NCBI GenBank assembly: GCA_964440525.1
Contig: CAYTTC010000005.1
Location: 22,594 to 86,593, forward strand
Source: an uncultured Propylenella sp.
Lineage (GTDB): Bacteria; Pseudomonadota; Alphaproteobacteria; Rhizobiales; Afifellaceae
DNA length: 64,000 bases
Reading direction: 5' to 3'
Under the pieces are notes generated by a model, which was not told where the DNA came from, did not search any database, and saw only the letters and a program-made list of their open reading frames with translations. Positions 26,894 to 37,201 of the stretch are shown piece after piece (position 1 is the first letter of the stretch; each line of letters opens with the position of its first letter). The position numbers and the translations under genes are program-made.

Positions 26894-28576
26894 TCAGAAC
26901 AGCCCCTCCACCAGCCCGTTAGCGTCGAGCCCGATCGTCTCCGCCGCCGGCACCTTCGGCAGGCCAGGCATGGTCATGATCTCCCCGCAGATCGCCACCA
27001 CGAAACCGGCGCCGGCCGCGAGCCGCACTTCACGGACCGGCACGACGTGATGGGTCGGCGCGCCGCGCAAATTCGGGTCGGTGGAGAATGAGTATTGCGT
27101 CTTCGCGATGCAGATCGGGAGCTTCTGATAGCCCGCTTTGTCCCATTCGTGCAGCTGATCGCGGATTTTTTTGTCGGCGACCGCCTCCTCGGCGCGGTAG
27201 ATGCGGGTGACGATCTGGGTGATTTTTTCGAAGAGCGGCAGCTCGATATCGTAGAGCGGCGAAAATTGCGCGGCGCCGGATTCGGCAATCTTCACGACCG
27301 CAGCGGCGAGCGCCTCGGTTCCTTCCGAGCCCTTCGCCCAGTGTTCGCAGAGGATCGCCTCCACACCGTGTGAGCCGGCGAATTCCTGCACGGCACCGAT
27401 CTCCTCCTTCGTGTCGGAGGTAAAATTGTTGATCGCCACCACCACCGGCACGCCGAACTGTTTTACGTTGTCGATGTGGCGGCCGAGATTGGCGCAGCCC
27501 TTTTTCAGCGCCTCGACATTCGCCTTGCCGAGCCCGTCCTTGGCGACGCCGCCATGCATTTTTAGCGCGCGCACTGTCGCTACGATGACGGCGGCGGAAG
27601 GCTTCAGCCCGGCCGCGCGGCATTTGATGTCGAAGAATTTCTCCGCGCCGAGATCCGCTCCAAAACCGGCTTCGGTCACCACGTAGTCGGCGAGTTTCAG
27701 CGCCGTCTTCGTCGCCATCACCGAATTGCAGCCATGCGCGATGTTGGCGAAGGGCCCGCCATGGATGAAGGCCGGATTGTTTTCGAGCGTCTGCACGAGG
27801 TTCGGCTGCATCGCCTTCATCAGGAGCACGGTCATCGCGCCATCGGCCTTCAGATCACGGGCCGTCACCGCGCTCTTGTCGCGGCGGTAGCCGATCACGA
27901 TGTCTCCGATGCGCTTCTGCAGGTCGGCGATGTCGTTGGAGAGGCAGAGGATCGCCATGACCTCCGAGGCGACGGTGATATCGAACCCAGTCTCGCGCGG
28001 AAAACCGTTCGCGACCCCGCCGAGCGAGCAGATCATCTCTCGCAGCGCCCGGTCGTTCATGTCCATGACGCGCCGCCAGACGATGCGGCGGGAATCGAGG
28101 TCGAGGGCGTTGCCCCAATAGAGATGGTTGTCGATCATCGCCGACAAGAGATTGTGGGCGGCGGTGATGGCGTGAAAATCCCCCGTGAAGTGGAGGTTGA
28201 TGTCCTCCATCGGCACGACCTGCGCATAGCCGCCGCCGGCCGCGCCCCCCTTCATGCCGAAGCACGGGCCGAGCGAGGGTTCTCTGAGGCAGATCGCGGC
28301 GCGCTTGCCGATGCGGTTCAGCGCGTCGCCGAGGCCAACCGTGGTTGTGGTCTTCCCCTCGCCGGCCGGCGTCGGGTTGATGGCGGTGACGAGGATCAGT
28401 TTTCCGTCCGGCCGCGAGCTCAGCGATTTGATGAATTCGGCGGAGACCTTCGCCTTGTCGTTGCCGTAGGGCTCCAGGCTTTCGGCGGGGATGCCGAGTT
28501 TTTGGCCGATCTCCAGGATCGGCCGCTTCTTTGCAGCGTGCGCGATCTCGATATCGCTCTTGACCTTCGCACTCAT
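26894..28576 (-). CDS. fhs: Formate--tetrahydrofolate ligase
   Basis: 560-aa ORF with [16 protein letters not shown]-loop and the conserved C-terminus ..[14 protein letters not shown]. Confidence 0.95.
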   Translation of the reverse strand: MSAKVKSDIEIAHAAKKRPILEIGQKLGIPAESLEPYGNDKAKVSAEFIKSLSSRPDGKLILVTAINPTPAGEGKTTTTVGLGDALNRIGKRAAICLREPSLGPCFGMKGGAAGGGYAQVVPMEDINLHFTGDFHAITAAHNLLSAMIDNHLYWGNALDLDSRRIVWRRVMDMNDRALREMICSLGGVANGFPRETGFDITVASEVMAILCLSNDIADLQKRIGDIVIGYRRDKSAVTARDLKADGAMTVLLMKAMQPNLVQTLENNPAFIHGGPFANIAHGCNSVMATKTALKLADYVVTEAGFGADLGAEKFFDIKCRAAGLKPSAAVIVATVRALKMHGGVAKDGLGKANVEALKKGCANLGRHIDNVKQFGVPVVVAINNFTSDTKEEIGAVQEFAGSHGVEAILCEHWAKGSEGTEALAAAVVKIAESGAAQFSPLYDIELPLFEKITQIVTRIYRAEEAVADKKIRDQLHEWDKAGYQKLPICIAKTQYSFSTDPNLRGAPTHHVVPVREVRLAAGAGFVVAICGEIMTMPGLPKVPAAETIGLDANGLVEGLF

Positions 28577-28692
28577 CCCGCTCCCCTCCCCCGTGGCCCG
28601 CAGGCTTCCGGGCTCAGCCCGTGCTGTTCCCTCTGCGACAATCGTCTCATGCCCACTTGGCAGGCACGCCCGAAGGCACTAGCGTTTTTCCA

Positions 28693-29751
28693 ATGACACA
28701 AGTGCTCCAGTTGCGACATGGCCAGGAGCGGAATCGGACAGGCGCGGAAGCGCCTGCAAAACCCGAGGCCGTGCGCGAGCGGCATTTCTACTTCGTGCTC
28801 CTGCCGAATTTCACCATGATCGCCTTCGCGATGGCGATCGAGCCGCTCCGGATCGCCAACCGCATGGCCGGAAAGCAGGCTTATCGCTGGTCGCTCGTTT
28901 CGCTCGACGGGCTGCCTGCCGCGGCGTCGAACGGCATCCGCCTCAACGTCGACATGGCGCTCAAGGAGGCGCGCGAGAGAGTGCGCGGCGGCGAACGGCC
29001 GGATCATGTCTTCATCTGCGGCTCGCTTGGCGTCGAGCGTTTCCACGACCGCAATTTGAATTCCTGGATCGCTTCGCTCGACCGCCAAAAAATCGGCATC
29101 GGCGCGCTCGACACCGGCGCCTGGGTTCTGGCGGACGCCGGAATACTGGATGGCCGCCGCTGCGCCATCCATTGGGAATCGCTGCCGGCTTTTTCGGAGC
29201 GTTTTCCCGAGGCGCAGGTCTATGCTGATCTCTTCGAGGTCGACGGCAATTGCTACACCTGCGCCGGCGGCACCGCCTCGCTCGACATGATGCTGCATCT
29301 GATCGGTGAGCATCTCGACGAGTCGATTGTCACGAAGGTCTGCGAGCAGGCGCTGACCGACCGCATGCGCTCGCCGACCGACCGCCAGCGGCTGCCGCTC
29401 CGCGCCCGGCTCGGGCTGCAGAACACAAAGCTGCTCTTCATCATCGAATTGATGGAGGCGAACATTTCCGAGCCGCTGTCGCTGGTCGAGATCGCCAAAT
29501 ATGCGGGGCTTTCACGGCGGCAGATCGAGCGGCTTTTCCGCCGCAATCTCGGTCGCTCGCCAGCGCGCTATTACCTCGAAATCCGGCTCGATCGTGCGCG
29601 CCACCTCTTGATCCAATCAGACGCGGCGATCGTGGAAGTGGCGGTCGCCTGCGGCTTCGTCTCCGCCTCGCATTTTTCCAAATGCTACCGCGAGCTCTAC
29701 GGCCGCTCCCCGCAGCAGGAGCGTCAGGGAAGAGAGAAACTGCTGGCGTAG
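28693..29751 (+). CDS. GlxA-family transcriptional regulator (DJ-1/PfpI-like domain plus AraC HTH), GbdR/SouR-like by context
   Basis: FYFVLLPNFTMIAFAMAIEPLRIAN N-terminal domain and C-terminal AraC HTH (..VACGFVSASHFSKCYRELYGRSP). Divergent from fhs. ATG at 28693 is preferred over 28621. Confidence 0.85.
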   Translation: MTQVLQLRHGQERNRTGAEAPAKPEAVRERHFYFVLLPNFTMIAFAMAIEPLRIANRMAGKQAYRWSLVSLDGLPAAASNGIRLNVDMALKEARERVRGGERPDHVFICGSLGVERFHDRNLNSWIASLDRQKIGIGALDTGAWVLADAGILDGRRCAIHWESLPAFSERFPEAQVYADLFEVDGNCYTCAGGTASLDMMLHLIGEHLDESIVTKVCEQALTDRMRSPTDRQRLPLRARLGLQNTKLLFIIELMEANISEPLSLVEIAKYAGLSRRQIERLFRRNLGRSPARYYLEIRLDRARHLLIQSDAAIVEVAVACGFVSASHFSKCYRELYGRSPQQERQGREKLLA

Positions 29752-29761
29752 GCGAGCGCTT

Positions 29762-29940
29762 CACCCCTCAGTTTGTCATCACCCCTCAGTTTGTCATCCC
29801 GGTTTGGCCGAAGGCCAAGACCGGGACCCATGAACACTGAAGAGTGACGAACACCCCGCCACGGTCGCCTCTCACTCCACCACTCGTGTTCATGGGTCCC
29901 GGACAGCGCCGCGTGCCGCGACGCTTCCGGGATGACAGAC
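29762..29940. repeat. REP-like family A head-to-head pair with adjacent 18-nt tandem duplication
   Basis: CACCCCTCAGTTTGTCAT occurs twice in tandem (29762-29779, 29780-29797). Family A units lie at 29789-29837 and inverted at 29886-29940. Confidence 0.85.
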
Positions 29941-29967
29941 TTGAGAAGTTAAATACGCCTCCCCGGA

Positions 29968-30546
29968 CTACGCCTTCTCACGCGCGGTCTTCAGCGCGTT
30001 CGTCCACCAGACGAGCATGTCGAGCATGTCCTTGGCGCCCTGCACCAGGTCGGGAAAATCGTTGAGGCTCTTCCCTTCCTTCAGCACACCTAAATAGACC
30101 GGAATCTGGATATGGACGCCGGCGCGCGTCGGCGCCATCTGCAGCTCTACGCAGTTCAGCCGCAGCTGCTCCACCGCGCGGGCGCCGCCGACGCCGCCAT
30201 AGCCGACGAAGGCGACCGGCTTCTTGTTCCATTCGCTGTAGGCGTAATCGAGCGCATTCTTCAGCGAGGCCGGCGGTCCGCGATTATATTCGGAGGTGAC
30301 GATGATGAAGCCGTCGAGCGAGGCGACCTTTTTCTGCCAGCGCAGCGCCACTTCGTTCTTCGACGGTCCCCAGGCCGGCGAGACCTCTTCGTTGAAGAAG
30401 GGCAACGGCCAGTCGCGAAGATCGAGAAGCTCGACCTCGAATTCATCGCGCTTGCCGGCGACCTCGTGGATCCATTTCGCCGGATGATCCGCAAAGCGGC
30501 CCGGCCGCGTGCTGCCGACGATGATTCCAATTTTTGGCTTGGCCAT
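29968..30546 (-). CDS. NAD(P)H-dependent FMN reductase family oxidoreductase
   Basis: KIGIIVGSTRPGRF and TSEYNRGPPASLKNALD motifs. ATG at 30546 (MAKPKIG) is preferred over 30561. Confidence 0.8.
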   Translation of the reverse strand: MAKPKIGIIVGSTRPGRFADHPAKWIHEVAGKRDEFEVELLDLRDWPLPFFNEEVSPAWGPSKNEVALRWQKKVASLDGFIIVTSEYNRGPPASLKNALDYAYSEWNKKPVAFVGYGGVGGARAVEQLRLNCVELQMAPTRAGVHIQIPVYLGVLKEGKSLNDFPDLVQGAKDMLDMLVWWTNALKTAREKA

Positions 30547-30598
30547 GACCCCACCTTTCACTGGTTAGTGGTATAGATCGGTGCGTTGCTCTATATGA

Positions 30599-31081
30599 GT
30601 GACTACCCAAAGGCCGCAAGGAGGCACTTTTTTGAAACCAAAGCACCCCGTTCTCACCCCGGAATGCCGCCCGATCAGCGAGCTGCTGGCGCGCGTCGGC
30701 GACAAGTGGACCGTCCTCGTCGTGGGGCTTCTCGGGGATGGGCCGCTCAGGTTCAGCGCGCTTCGCCGCATGATCGCCGGCATCTCGCAAAAGATGCTGA
30801 CGACGACGCTAAGGAGCCTGGAGCGCGACGGATTCGTCACCCGCACCGTGTTCCCGACAACGCCGCCGAGCGTTTCTTACGAGCTCACGGCGCTTGGGCG
30901 CGATCTTCTGGTTCCGGTCGGGGCGCTCGCCAAATGGGCGACCGAGAACCAGTCGCGTGTCGATGCGGCGCGGGAAAAGTTTGATGGGCGCCACACAGAC
31001 GGCTCGGCCGTCAGCCCTTCGAGCTTGCATGTTCAGGCCCCGCCCGGGGAGGACGCCGACCGGCTTAGCTCGCTACGTTGA
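30599..31081 (+). CDS. HxlR-family transcriptional regulator
   Basis: CRPISELLARVGDKWTVLVVGLL..GPLRFSALRRMIAGISQKMLTTTLRSLERDGFVTR winged-helix pattern. Divergent from the FMN reductase gene. Alternative TTG start at 30632 lies 8 nt after AAGGAGG. Confidence 0.85.
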   Translation: MTTQRPQGGTFLKPKHPVLTPECRPISELLARVGDKWTVLVVGLLGDGPLRFSALRRMIAGISQKMLTTTLRSLERDGFVTRTVFPTTPPSVSYELTALGRDLLVPVGALAKWATENQSRVDAAREKFDGRHTDGSAVSPSSLHVQAPPGEDADRLSSLR

Positions 31082-31096
31082 GCACGATCTTGCCGA

Positions 31097-32452
31097 CTAT
31101 CCCGGTAGGATGTTCACGTTCAGATGGAACACGTTCTCCGGATCGTAGCGTTTCTTCAGCTGCCGCAGACGAGTTAGATTCGGGCCATAGGCCGCAACCG
31201 CCGCCCCATCGGCCTCATCATCGGGACCGAGGTAGTTCATGTAGCGGCGCGGGCCAACGAAGGGCTGCATCGCCGCGAACGACTCGCGACACCACGAGGT
31301 CGCCACGTCGCCATGCGCGGGATCCTTCCATAGGCCGAGCATGACGATGTTGAAGCCGCTGTCGCGGAGCGCATAGGCCGTGGCGTCGACCGGGACGCGT
31401 GACGCCGCGCCGTGAAAATTCTCCACGAGGATCTGACTGGTCGGCAACGGGCAGCGCTCGTATGCCGCGACGAGCGCATCGATCGCCGTGTCGTCGAGCG
31501 TGTGGATGAACGCCGATTTCCAATAGTTCAGCACGCCCGGCGGGTTTCCTGCATCGAGCATGACGTTCAGCGCGCCGTACGGAATCGGGCCCATCGCGTC
31601 CATGACAAGCGTTCCAAAGGTCTTGATTTTCGCCGCGGCGGCCTGACCGTCCTCCGGCGACCCGCAATGGCAGGCAACTACGGCAACGATCCTCTTCCCC
31701 GATCCGTCCGGCGCCGTGCCCATCAGGGCCACGAGCATCAATTCGTCGGGCGCCGCGGTCACCATGTCACGCCATGCGCGCAACACCTGCCCGGCTTCCT
31801 CGAAAGGAAACGCCACGAGGCCGCCGGTCACCATGGGCCCCACGGGATGCAGGCGAAATTCGAACGAGCTCGCCACGCCAAAATTTCCGCCGCCGCCGCG
31901 CACCGCCCAAAAGAGGTCGGGATGATCGTCGGCACTGGCGCGGACGACCGATCCGTCCGCGAGCACAAGGCTCACCGCCAGGAGATTATCCAGCGCCAAG
32001 CCGTACTTTGCCATCAGCCAGCCGAGATCGCCGCCGAGCGTCAATCCGGCGACGCCCGTGGTCCCGACGACGCCTCCAGTGGTGGCAAGTCCGTAGAGCT
32101 GAGCCTCGCGATTGAACTCCTTCCAAAGCACGCCGCCATCAACGATCGCGGTCTGCGCCGCGGGGTTCACGTGGACACCTTTCATTAGCGAAAGATCAAC
32201 CATCAACCCGTCATCGACGACGGCGCGCCCGCCAACGTTGTGGCCACCTCCGCGCACGGAGATTTCAAGTCCGCGAGAGCGGGCGAAGCGCACCGCATCG
32301 GCGATATCGCCCATTCCCCTGCAGCGCGCGATCAGCGCCGGGCGTTTGTCGATCAGCCCGTTGAAGACTTTTCGCACATCGTCATATGTAGCCGCGCCCG
32401 GAAGCACGATTTCGCCGAGAAACGTCTGAGCGAGTTCCGTCGCGCCTTCCAT
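31097..32452 (-). CDS. FAD-linked oxidase (PCMH/BBE-type)
   Basis: 451-aa ORF with RGGGHNVGG, a GGNFGV-type motif and a C-terminal BBE-like YMNY...LRQLKKRYDPENVFHLNVNI. Confidence 0.85.
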   Translation of the reverse strand: MEGATELAQTFLGEIVLPGAATYDDVRKVFNGLIDKRPALIARCRGMGDIADAVRFARSRGLEISVRGGGHNVGGRAVVDDGLMVDLSLMKGVHVNPAAQTAIVDGGVLWKEFNREAQLYGLATTGGVVGTTGVAGLTLGGDLGWLMAKYGLALDNLLAVSLVLADGSVVRASADDHPDLFWAVRGGGGNFGVASSFEFRLHPVGPMVTGGLVAFPFEEAGQVLRAWRDMVTAAPDELMLVALMGTAPDGSGKRIVAVVACHCGSPEDGQAAAAKIKTFGTLVMDAMGPIPYGALNVMLDAGNPPGVLNYWKSAFIHTLDDTAIDALVAAYERCPLPTSQILVENFHGAASRVPVDATAYALRDSGFNIVMLGLWKDPAHGDVATSWCRESFAAMQPFVGPRRYMNYLGPDDEADGAAVAAYGPNLTRLRQLKKRYDPENVFHLNVNILPG

Positions 32453-32467
32453 CCTGCGTCTCCTCTC

Positions 32468-32573
32468 CTGTCGTCATTGCCGGACTTGATCCGGCAATCC
32501 ATTCCGTAACGAAAGCAACGATCACGACGGTCACGGAATGGATGCCATGGTCAAGCCATGGCATGACGACAAC
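32468..32573. repeat. REP-like family B head-to-head pair
   Basis: Units at 32468-32511 and inverted at 32531-32573. They fill the gap between the FAD-oxidase start and the stop of the dimethylglycine-dehydrogenase-like gene. Confidence 0.85.
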
Positions 32574-32579
32574 GGGACG

Positions 32580-35117
32580 TCACGCCCTGAGCCGCACGTT
32601 CTCCGGATCGTAGGGGCTCTCCAGCAGGATCGTGGCGCGCTTGCGCTCGCCGAGGATCTGAATCTCCAGCTCGCTGCCGATTTCGCCGTGCTCCGGCCTA
32701 ACCATGCCGAGCGCCAGCGATTTTCCGAGCCGCCAGCCATAGCCGCCGTTCGTCGCGCGGCCGATGAGCTCACCGCCTTTCCACAGTGGCTCGGAGCCGC
32801 GTGAGTCCGCGTCGGCGACGTCGTGCACCTCCATAGTCACGAACTTCCATTTGTCGCCCTCGGCATGCGCCTTCACCAGCGCATCGCGACCAAGGAACGC
32901 GCCTTTGTTCGGATGCACGAAGCGGTCGAGCCCTGACTCGTAGGCGGTGTATTCGATCGAAAGCTCGCGCGGGATGAGGCGATAGGATTTCTCGATCGAC
33001 ATCGCGATCATCGCGCGGATGCCGAATGGCTTGATGCCAAACTCCTTGCCCGCCTCCATCACCGCATCGAAAATGGCGTTCTGCATCTCGATCGGGTGAT
33101 GCAGTTCCCAGCCAAGCTCGCCGACGAAGTTGACGCGGAGCGCATGCGCCGTCGCCGTACCGACATTGATCTCCCTGCCCGAGAGCCAAGGAAAAGCGGC
33201 ATTCGACAGATCGGCGTCGGTGATTTTTGAAAGCACCTCGCGCGAGCGCGGGCCGGCCAGCACCAGCACCCCCCAAGACGTCGTGACCGGGAACATCCGC
33301 AAGCTGCCGTCGGCCGGCATCAGCTTCGTCAGCACGTCGTGGTCATGCCGCTCGAAGGCGCCGGCGGAGACTAGGTAATAGCCACGTTCGCGGGACTTGT
33401 AGACGGTGAATTCCGAGCGCACGCCGCCATGCTTGGTCAGCAAATGGCAGAGGTTCACGCGGCCGACCGTCTTTGGCACGCGGTTTGCGAGAATCGAGTC
33501 GAGCCACGCCTCGGCGCCCGGCCCGGCTACATAGCATTTGGCGAAGGCTGACATGTCGAGCAGCCCGACATGCTCCGCCACGTGCCGGCACTCGTTGCCG
33601 ACATGCGGAAAATAGTTCGAGCGGCGGAAGGACCAGCGCTCGCGCACTTTTCCTGTCCAGTCGGCCGGGGCGTGATTGTGATTCAGGAGCACGTCGTCGG
33701 TGCCGAGCTCGCTCTCCGGCACGAAATAGTTTTCCGGCGCGAACCAGTTCGGTCGCTCCCAGCCATAGATCGATCCGAAGATCGCCCCGAGCTTCTCCAT
33801 GCGTCCGTAGCAGGGCGCGGTCTTCAGCGGCCGCGCCGCGGCGCGTTCCTCGTCGGGATAGTGCAGAGTGAAAACATTGGCGTAGGTCTCTTCGTTCTTC
33901 GCCTTGAGATAGCCGCGCGTCGCATAGGGGCCGAAGCGGCGCGGGTCGACGCCCATCATGTCGATCGTCGGCTCGCCCTCGACGATCCATTCGGCAAGCT
34001 GCCAGCCGGCGCCGCCCGCCGCCGTCACGCCGAAAGAATGCCCTTCGTTCAGCCAAAAGTTCTTGAGCCCCCAGGCCGGGCCGACGATCGGCGAGCCGTC
34101 AGGCGTATAGGCGATCGCGCCGTTATAGATCTTCTTGATGCCGACCTCGCCGAAGGCCGGCACGCGCGCAATGGCCGTCTCGATATGCGGCATCAAGCGC
34201 TCCAGATCCTCCTGGAAAAGCTCGTACTCCGCCTCCTCCGAAGGCCCGTCGACATAGCAGACTGGCGCGCCCTTCTCGTAGGGGCCGAGCAGCAGCCCGC
34301 CCGCCTCTTCGCGCATGTACCAGGAGGAATCGGCCTCGCGGAGCACGCCCATTTCCGGCAGGCCCTGTTGCCGGGGCTCCTGGATTTTGGGGTGCGCCTC
34401 AGTGACGATGTACTGATGCTCCACGGGGATGACCGGCACATCGAGCCCGACCATCGCGCCGGTGCGCCGCGCAAAATTCCCGCTCGCCGAAACCACGTGC
34501 TCCGCGACGATGTCGCCCTTGTCGGTCTTCACCAGCCATTCGCCGGACGGCTTTTGCTCGATGCCCAATACCTTGGTGTTGCGATTGATCTCGGCGCCTC
34601 GCGACCGCGCGCCACGCGCCAGCGCCTGCGTCAGGTCGGCGGGCTGGATGTAGCCGTCGTCGGGATGCTGGATGGCGCCCAAAATCCCGTCGGTCACGCA
34701 GAGCGGCCAGATTTCCTTCAGCTGCTCCGGCGTCAGCACGTTGACGTTGACGCCGATCGTCTTCGCCACGCCGGCATAGTACATGAACTCGTCCCAGCGA
34801 TCCTTGGTGCGCGCGAGGCGGATGTTGGAGCAGACCGAAAAGCCGACGTTCTGCCCGGTCTCCGCTTCGAGCGTCTTGTAGAGCGCGACGGAGTATTTGT
34901 GGATCTGGCCGACCGAGTAGCTCATGTTGAAGAGCGGCAGCAATCCCGCCGCGTGCCAGGTCGAGCCGGAGGTCAGCTCCTTTCGCTCGACCAGCATGAC
35001 ATCCGACCAGCCTTTTTTGGCGAGATGATAGAGCGTCGAGACGCCGACGACGCCTCCGCCGATCACCACCACGCGCGCGTGCGACCTCATCGACGTCTCC
35101 CCGCCACCCTCCGACAT
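32580..35117 (-). CDS. Dimethylglycine/sarcosine dehydrogenase-family enzyme (FAD oxidoreductase plus GcvT-like folate-binding domain)
   Basis: 845-aa ORF with VVVIGGGVVGVSTLYHLAKKGW and GSTWHAAG (site of the covalent-FAD His in this family). The C-terminal half is aminomethyltransferase-like. Confidence 0.85.
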   Translation of the reverse strand: MSEGGGETSMRSHARVVVIGGGVVGVSTLYHLAKKGWSDVMLVERKELTSGSTWHAAGLLPLFNMSYSVGQIHKYSVALYKTLEAETGQNVGFSVCSNIRLARTKDRWDEFMYYAGVAKTIGVNVNVLTPEQLKEIWPLCVTDGILGAIQHPDDGYIQPADLTQALARGARSRGAEINRNTKVLGIEQKPSGEWLVKTDKGDIVAEHVVSASGNFARRTGAMVGLDVPVIPVEHQYIVTEAHPKIQEPRQQGLPEMGVLREADSSWYMREEAGGLLLGPYEKGAPVCYVDGPSEEAEYELFQEDLERLMPHIETAIARVPAFGEVGIKKIYNGAIAYTPDGSPIVGPAWGLKNFWLNEGHSFGVTAAGGAGWQLAEWIVEGEPTIDMMGVDPRRFGPYATRGYLKAKNEETYANVFTLHYPDEERAAARPLKTAPCYGRMEKLGAIFGSIYGWERPNWFAPENYFVPESELGTDDVLLNHNHAPADWTGKVRERWSFRRSNYFPHVGNECRHVAEHVGLLDMSAFAKCYVAGPGAEAWLDSILANRVPKTVGRVNLCHLLTKHGGVRSEFTVYKSRERGYYLVSAGAFERHDHDVLTKLMPADGSLRMFPVTTSWGVLVLAGPRSREVLSKITDADLSNAAFPWLSGREINVGTATAHALRVNFVGELGWELHHPIEMQNAIFDAVMEAGKEFGIKPFGIRAMIAMSIEKSYRLIPRELSIEYTAYESGLDRFVHPNKGAFLGRDALVKAHAEGDKWKFVTMEVHDVADADSRGSEPLWKGGELIGRATNGGYGWRLGKSLALGMVRPEHGEIGSELEIQILGERKRATILLESPYDPENVRLRA

Positions 35118-35242
35118 CGGATTGGGCAGCTCCGTTCTATCGGCCGGATCGGCAATCGTCGCGCGCTAAAGGCGACACGGGATTGCCCAAGTGAGGCATG
35201 TGGGCGGAGCCTTCGCGGCTTTGGCGCGTTCCCCCCTGCCCC

Positions 35243-36472
35243 ATGACCGGCCCCATCATCACCGAAAAGCGCGACCTGCGCACCGGCCGACCGGTCTGGC
35301 TCGATTCTTCGGGTATTCGTGTCGCCTGCCGGGAGAGCTTCGCGCGCGAGCGCTTCGATACCGTCATCGTCGGCGCAGGAATTTCAGGCGCAATGCTCGC
35401 CTACCGCCTCCGACGCAAGGGTGCGAAGGTGCTGGTCGTCGACCGCCGGCCGCCGCTCCATGGCAGCACGGCGGCGAGCACGGCGCTGCTGCAATTTGAG
35501 ATCGACACGCCGCTTTTCGAGCTTGCGGAAAAGATCGGACGCGACAAAGCGGAACGCGCGTGGTTGCGCTCGGTAAAGGCGGTCGGCGACCTCCGCCGCC
35601 TCGTGAAGCGCGAGCGGATCAGCTGCGGCTGGCGCGACGCGAACACGCTTTATCTTGCCGGCAACGCCTACGGATATCGCGCGCTGCGGAGGGAGATCGA
35701 AGCGCGGGAGGCGCCCGGCATTCCCGGCGCCTATCTGAAAGCCCTGGAACTCGGGGAGCGCTACGGCGTCGATCGCACCGGTGCGATCGTAAGTCCCGGC
35801 TCCGCGCAGGCCAACCCAGTGCAACTCGCCGCCGGCCTTTTTCGCCGCGCGGCGAAGAGCGGCGTGCGCATCTGCTCGCCGGTCGCGATCAAGGCGATCG
35901 CCGCCGATAAGATGGGCGTGATCCTCACCACCGACGACGACGTCGAGATTTCGACACGCCACGCCGTCTTCTGCACGGGCTACGAGATCCTGAAGCCGAT
36001 TCCCGACCAGGGGCATTCGATCAAGTCGACCTGGGCCTTCGCCTCCGCGCCGGGCGCCGTCGCGCCGGGCTGGCTCGAAGACCACCTCATCTGGGCAGGC
36101 GCCGACCCCTACCTCTATCTCCGCCGCGCGCATGACGGCCGCATCGTCGCCGGCGGCGAGGACGAGCCCTATTCAAAGGCACATGCGGACGTGCGCCTCA
36201 TGCGGGAAAAGACCGACACGATCGCCGAGAAGGTTCGCGCGCTGATTCCCGGCCTGACGTTCAAAATCGCCCATCGCTGGGCGGGCGCCTTCGGCGAGAG
36301 CGAGACCGGGCTACCCTTCATCGACCGCGTGCCCGGCCATCCGAACTGCTACGCGGTGATGGGCTTCGGCGGCAACGGCATCACCTATTCGATGATCGCC
36401 GCCGAAGTCGTCTCGCGCCTCATCGCCGGCCGCGACGACCCGGACGCTGATCTTTACCGGTTTCCGATGTGA
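35243..36472 (+). CDS. FAD-dependent oxidoreductase (DAO family)
   Basis: FDTVIVGAGISGAMLAYRLRRKGAKVLVVD dinucleotide fold. The start is uncertain (35198 in the track; ATG at 35243 gives MTGPIITE). Confidence 0.75.
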   Translation: MTGPIITEKRDLRTGRPVWLDSSGIRVACRESFARERFDTVIVGAGISGAMLAYRLRRKGAKVLVVDRRPPLHGSTAASTALLQFEIDTPLFELAEKIGRDKAERAWLRSVKAVGDLRRLVKRERISCGWRDANTLYLAGNAYGYRALRREIEAREAPGIPGAYLKALELGERYGVDRTGAIVSPGSAQANPVQLAAGLFRRAAKSGVRICSPVAIKAIAADKMGVILTTDDDVEISTRHAVFCTGYEILKPIPDQGHSIKSTWAFASAPGAVAPGWLEDHLIWAGADPYLYLRRAHDGRIVAGGEDEPYSKAHADVRLMREKTDTIAEKVRALIPGLTFKIAHRWAGAFGESETGLPFIDRVPGHPNCYAVMGFGGNGITYSMIAAEVVSRLIAGRDDPDADLYRFPM

Positions 36473-36561
36473 AGCTTGGATCTCAGGTGGATTGAAACAT
36501 GAGTCTTGCAGTGCGTTAGCGCACGATGCAAGTGATCGTACCGTCTATTGGAGAATTCGCA

Positions 36562-36813
36562 ATGCGCCACGTGCAAGCATCCGACGCGGCCACCCAGCTT
36601 TTTGGATTGCTCGATGAGGTTGAGCGCGGAGAAACCATCGTGATTATCCGGAACGACCGCCCAGTTGCCCGAATCATTCCTGACCCTGAGTTCAGGCGGA
36701 AGAGAACCGAAGCGGCGATGGCAGGTATCAGAAAACTTCGGGAGAAGGATGGCCGCATTACACTAGAGGAGCTTTTGTCGGCTCATCGAGAAGGTCACAA
36801 AATTCTGGGGTAG
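36562..36813 (+). CDS. Phd/YefM-family antitoxin, apparently orphan
   Basis: MRHVQASDAATQLFGLLDEVERGETIVIIRNDRPVARIIP... then ..GRITLEELLSAHREGHK, typical of Phd-type (VapB-like) antitoxins. No intact toxin ORF follows. Confidence 0.7.
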   Translation: MRHVQASDAATQLFGLLDEVERGETIVIIRNDRPVARIIPDPEFRRKRTEAAMAGIRKLREKDGRITLEELLSAHREGHKILG

Positions 36814-36850
36814 GTTCATATTTGCACGCAGGGCCTGATAAGCGCGGGCA

Positions 36851-37200
36851 ATGGAGTCAGAGATAGAGACGGTGACGCTTTGGCGACCCGTCGGCCCCGC
36901 GGAGCTTGAGTTGATCCGCAATAGTGGGATGCGACGGTTTCCACCGCGACTACCTGAACAGCCGATCTTCTATCCCGTGTTGACGACTACGCGGTTCAGA
37001 TCGCGCGCGACTGGAACGTGAAGGCAAGCGGCTCAGGGCACGTCCTTCGGTTCCGGGTGAGGAAGGATTTTCTCGATCAGCACCAGGTGCATGAAGCCGG
37101 GAGCCGGGCACACCGAGAATACTGGATTCTGGCCGAGCAACTCGAAAAGTTCAACGATGCGATCGTCGATGAAATCGAGACGTGCGGTCATTTCCCTGAG
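36851..37200 (+). pseudogene. Frameshifted conserved-hypothetical gene
   Basis: ATG at 36851 gives MESEIETVTLWRPVGPAELELIRNSGMRRFPPRLPEQPIFYPVL, then a stop. The sequence continues in another frame as DDYAVQIARDWNVKASGSGHVLRFRVRKDFLDQHQVHEAGSRAHREYWILAEQLEKFNDAIVDEIE (track ORF 37018..37326). There is an apparent 1-nt loss near 36981. Family identity is only from my recollection of similar hypothetical proteins. Confidence 0.55.
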
Positions 37201-37201
37201 T

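Noticed and set aside
28577-28692. Possible ZTP (pfl) or other folate-related riboswitch upstream of fhs; the folD leader at 38138-38276 was also examined
   Set aside because: I read both leaders on the coding strand and could not find the conserved ZTP elements (GGGTCGTGAC-type 5' domain, CCGCCTGGGC-type 3' pseudoknot) or any other riboswitch core I know. A covariance-model scan would be needed for certainty.
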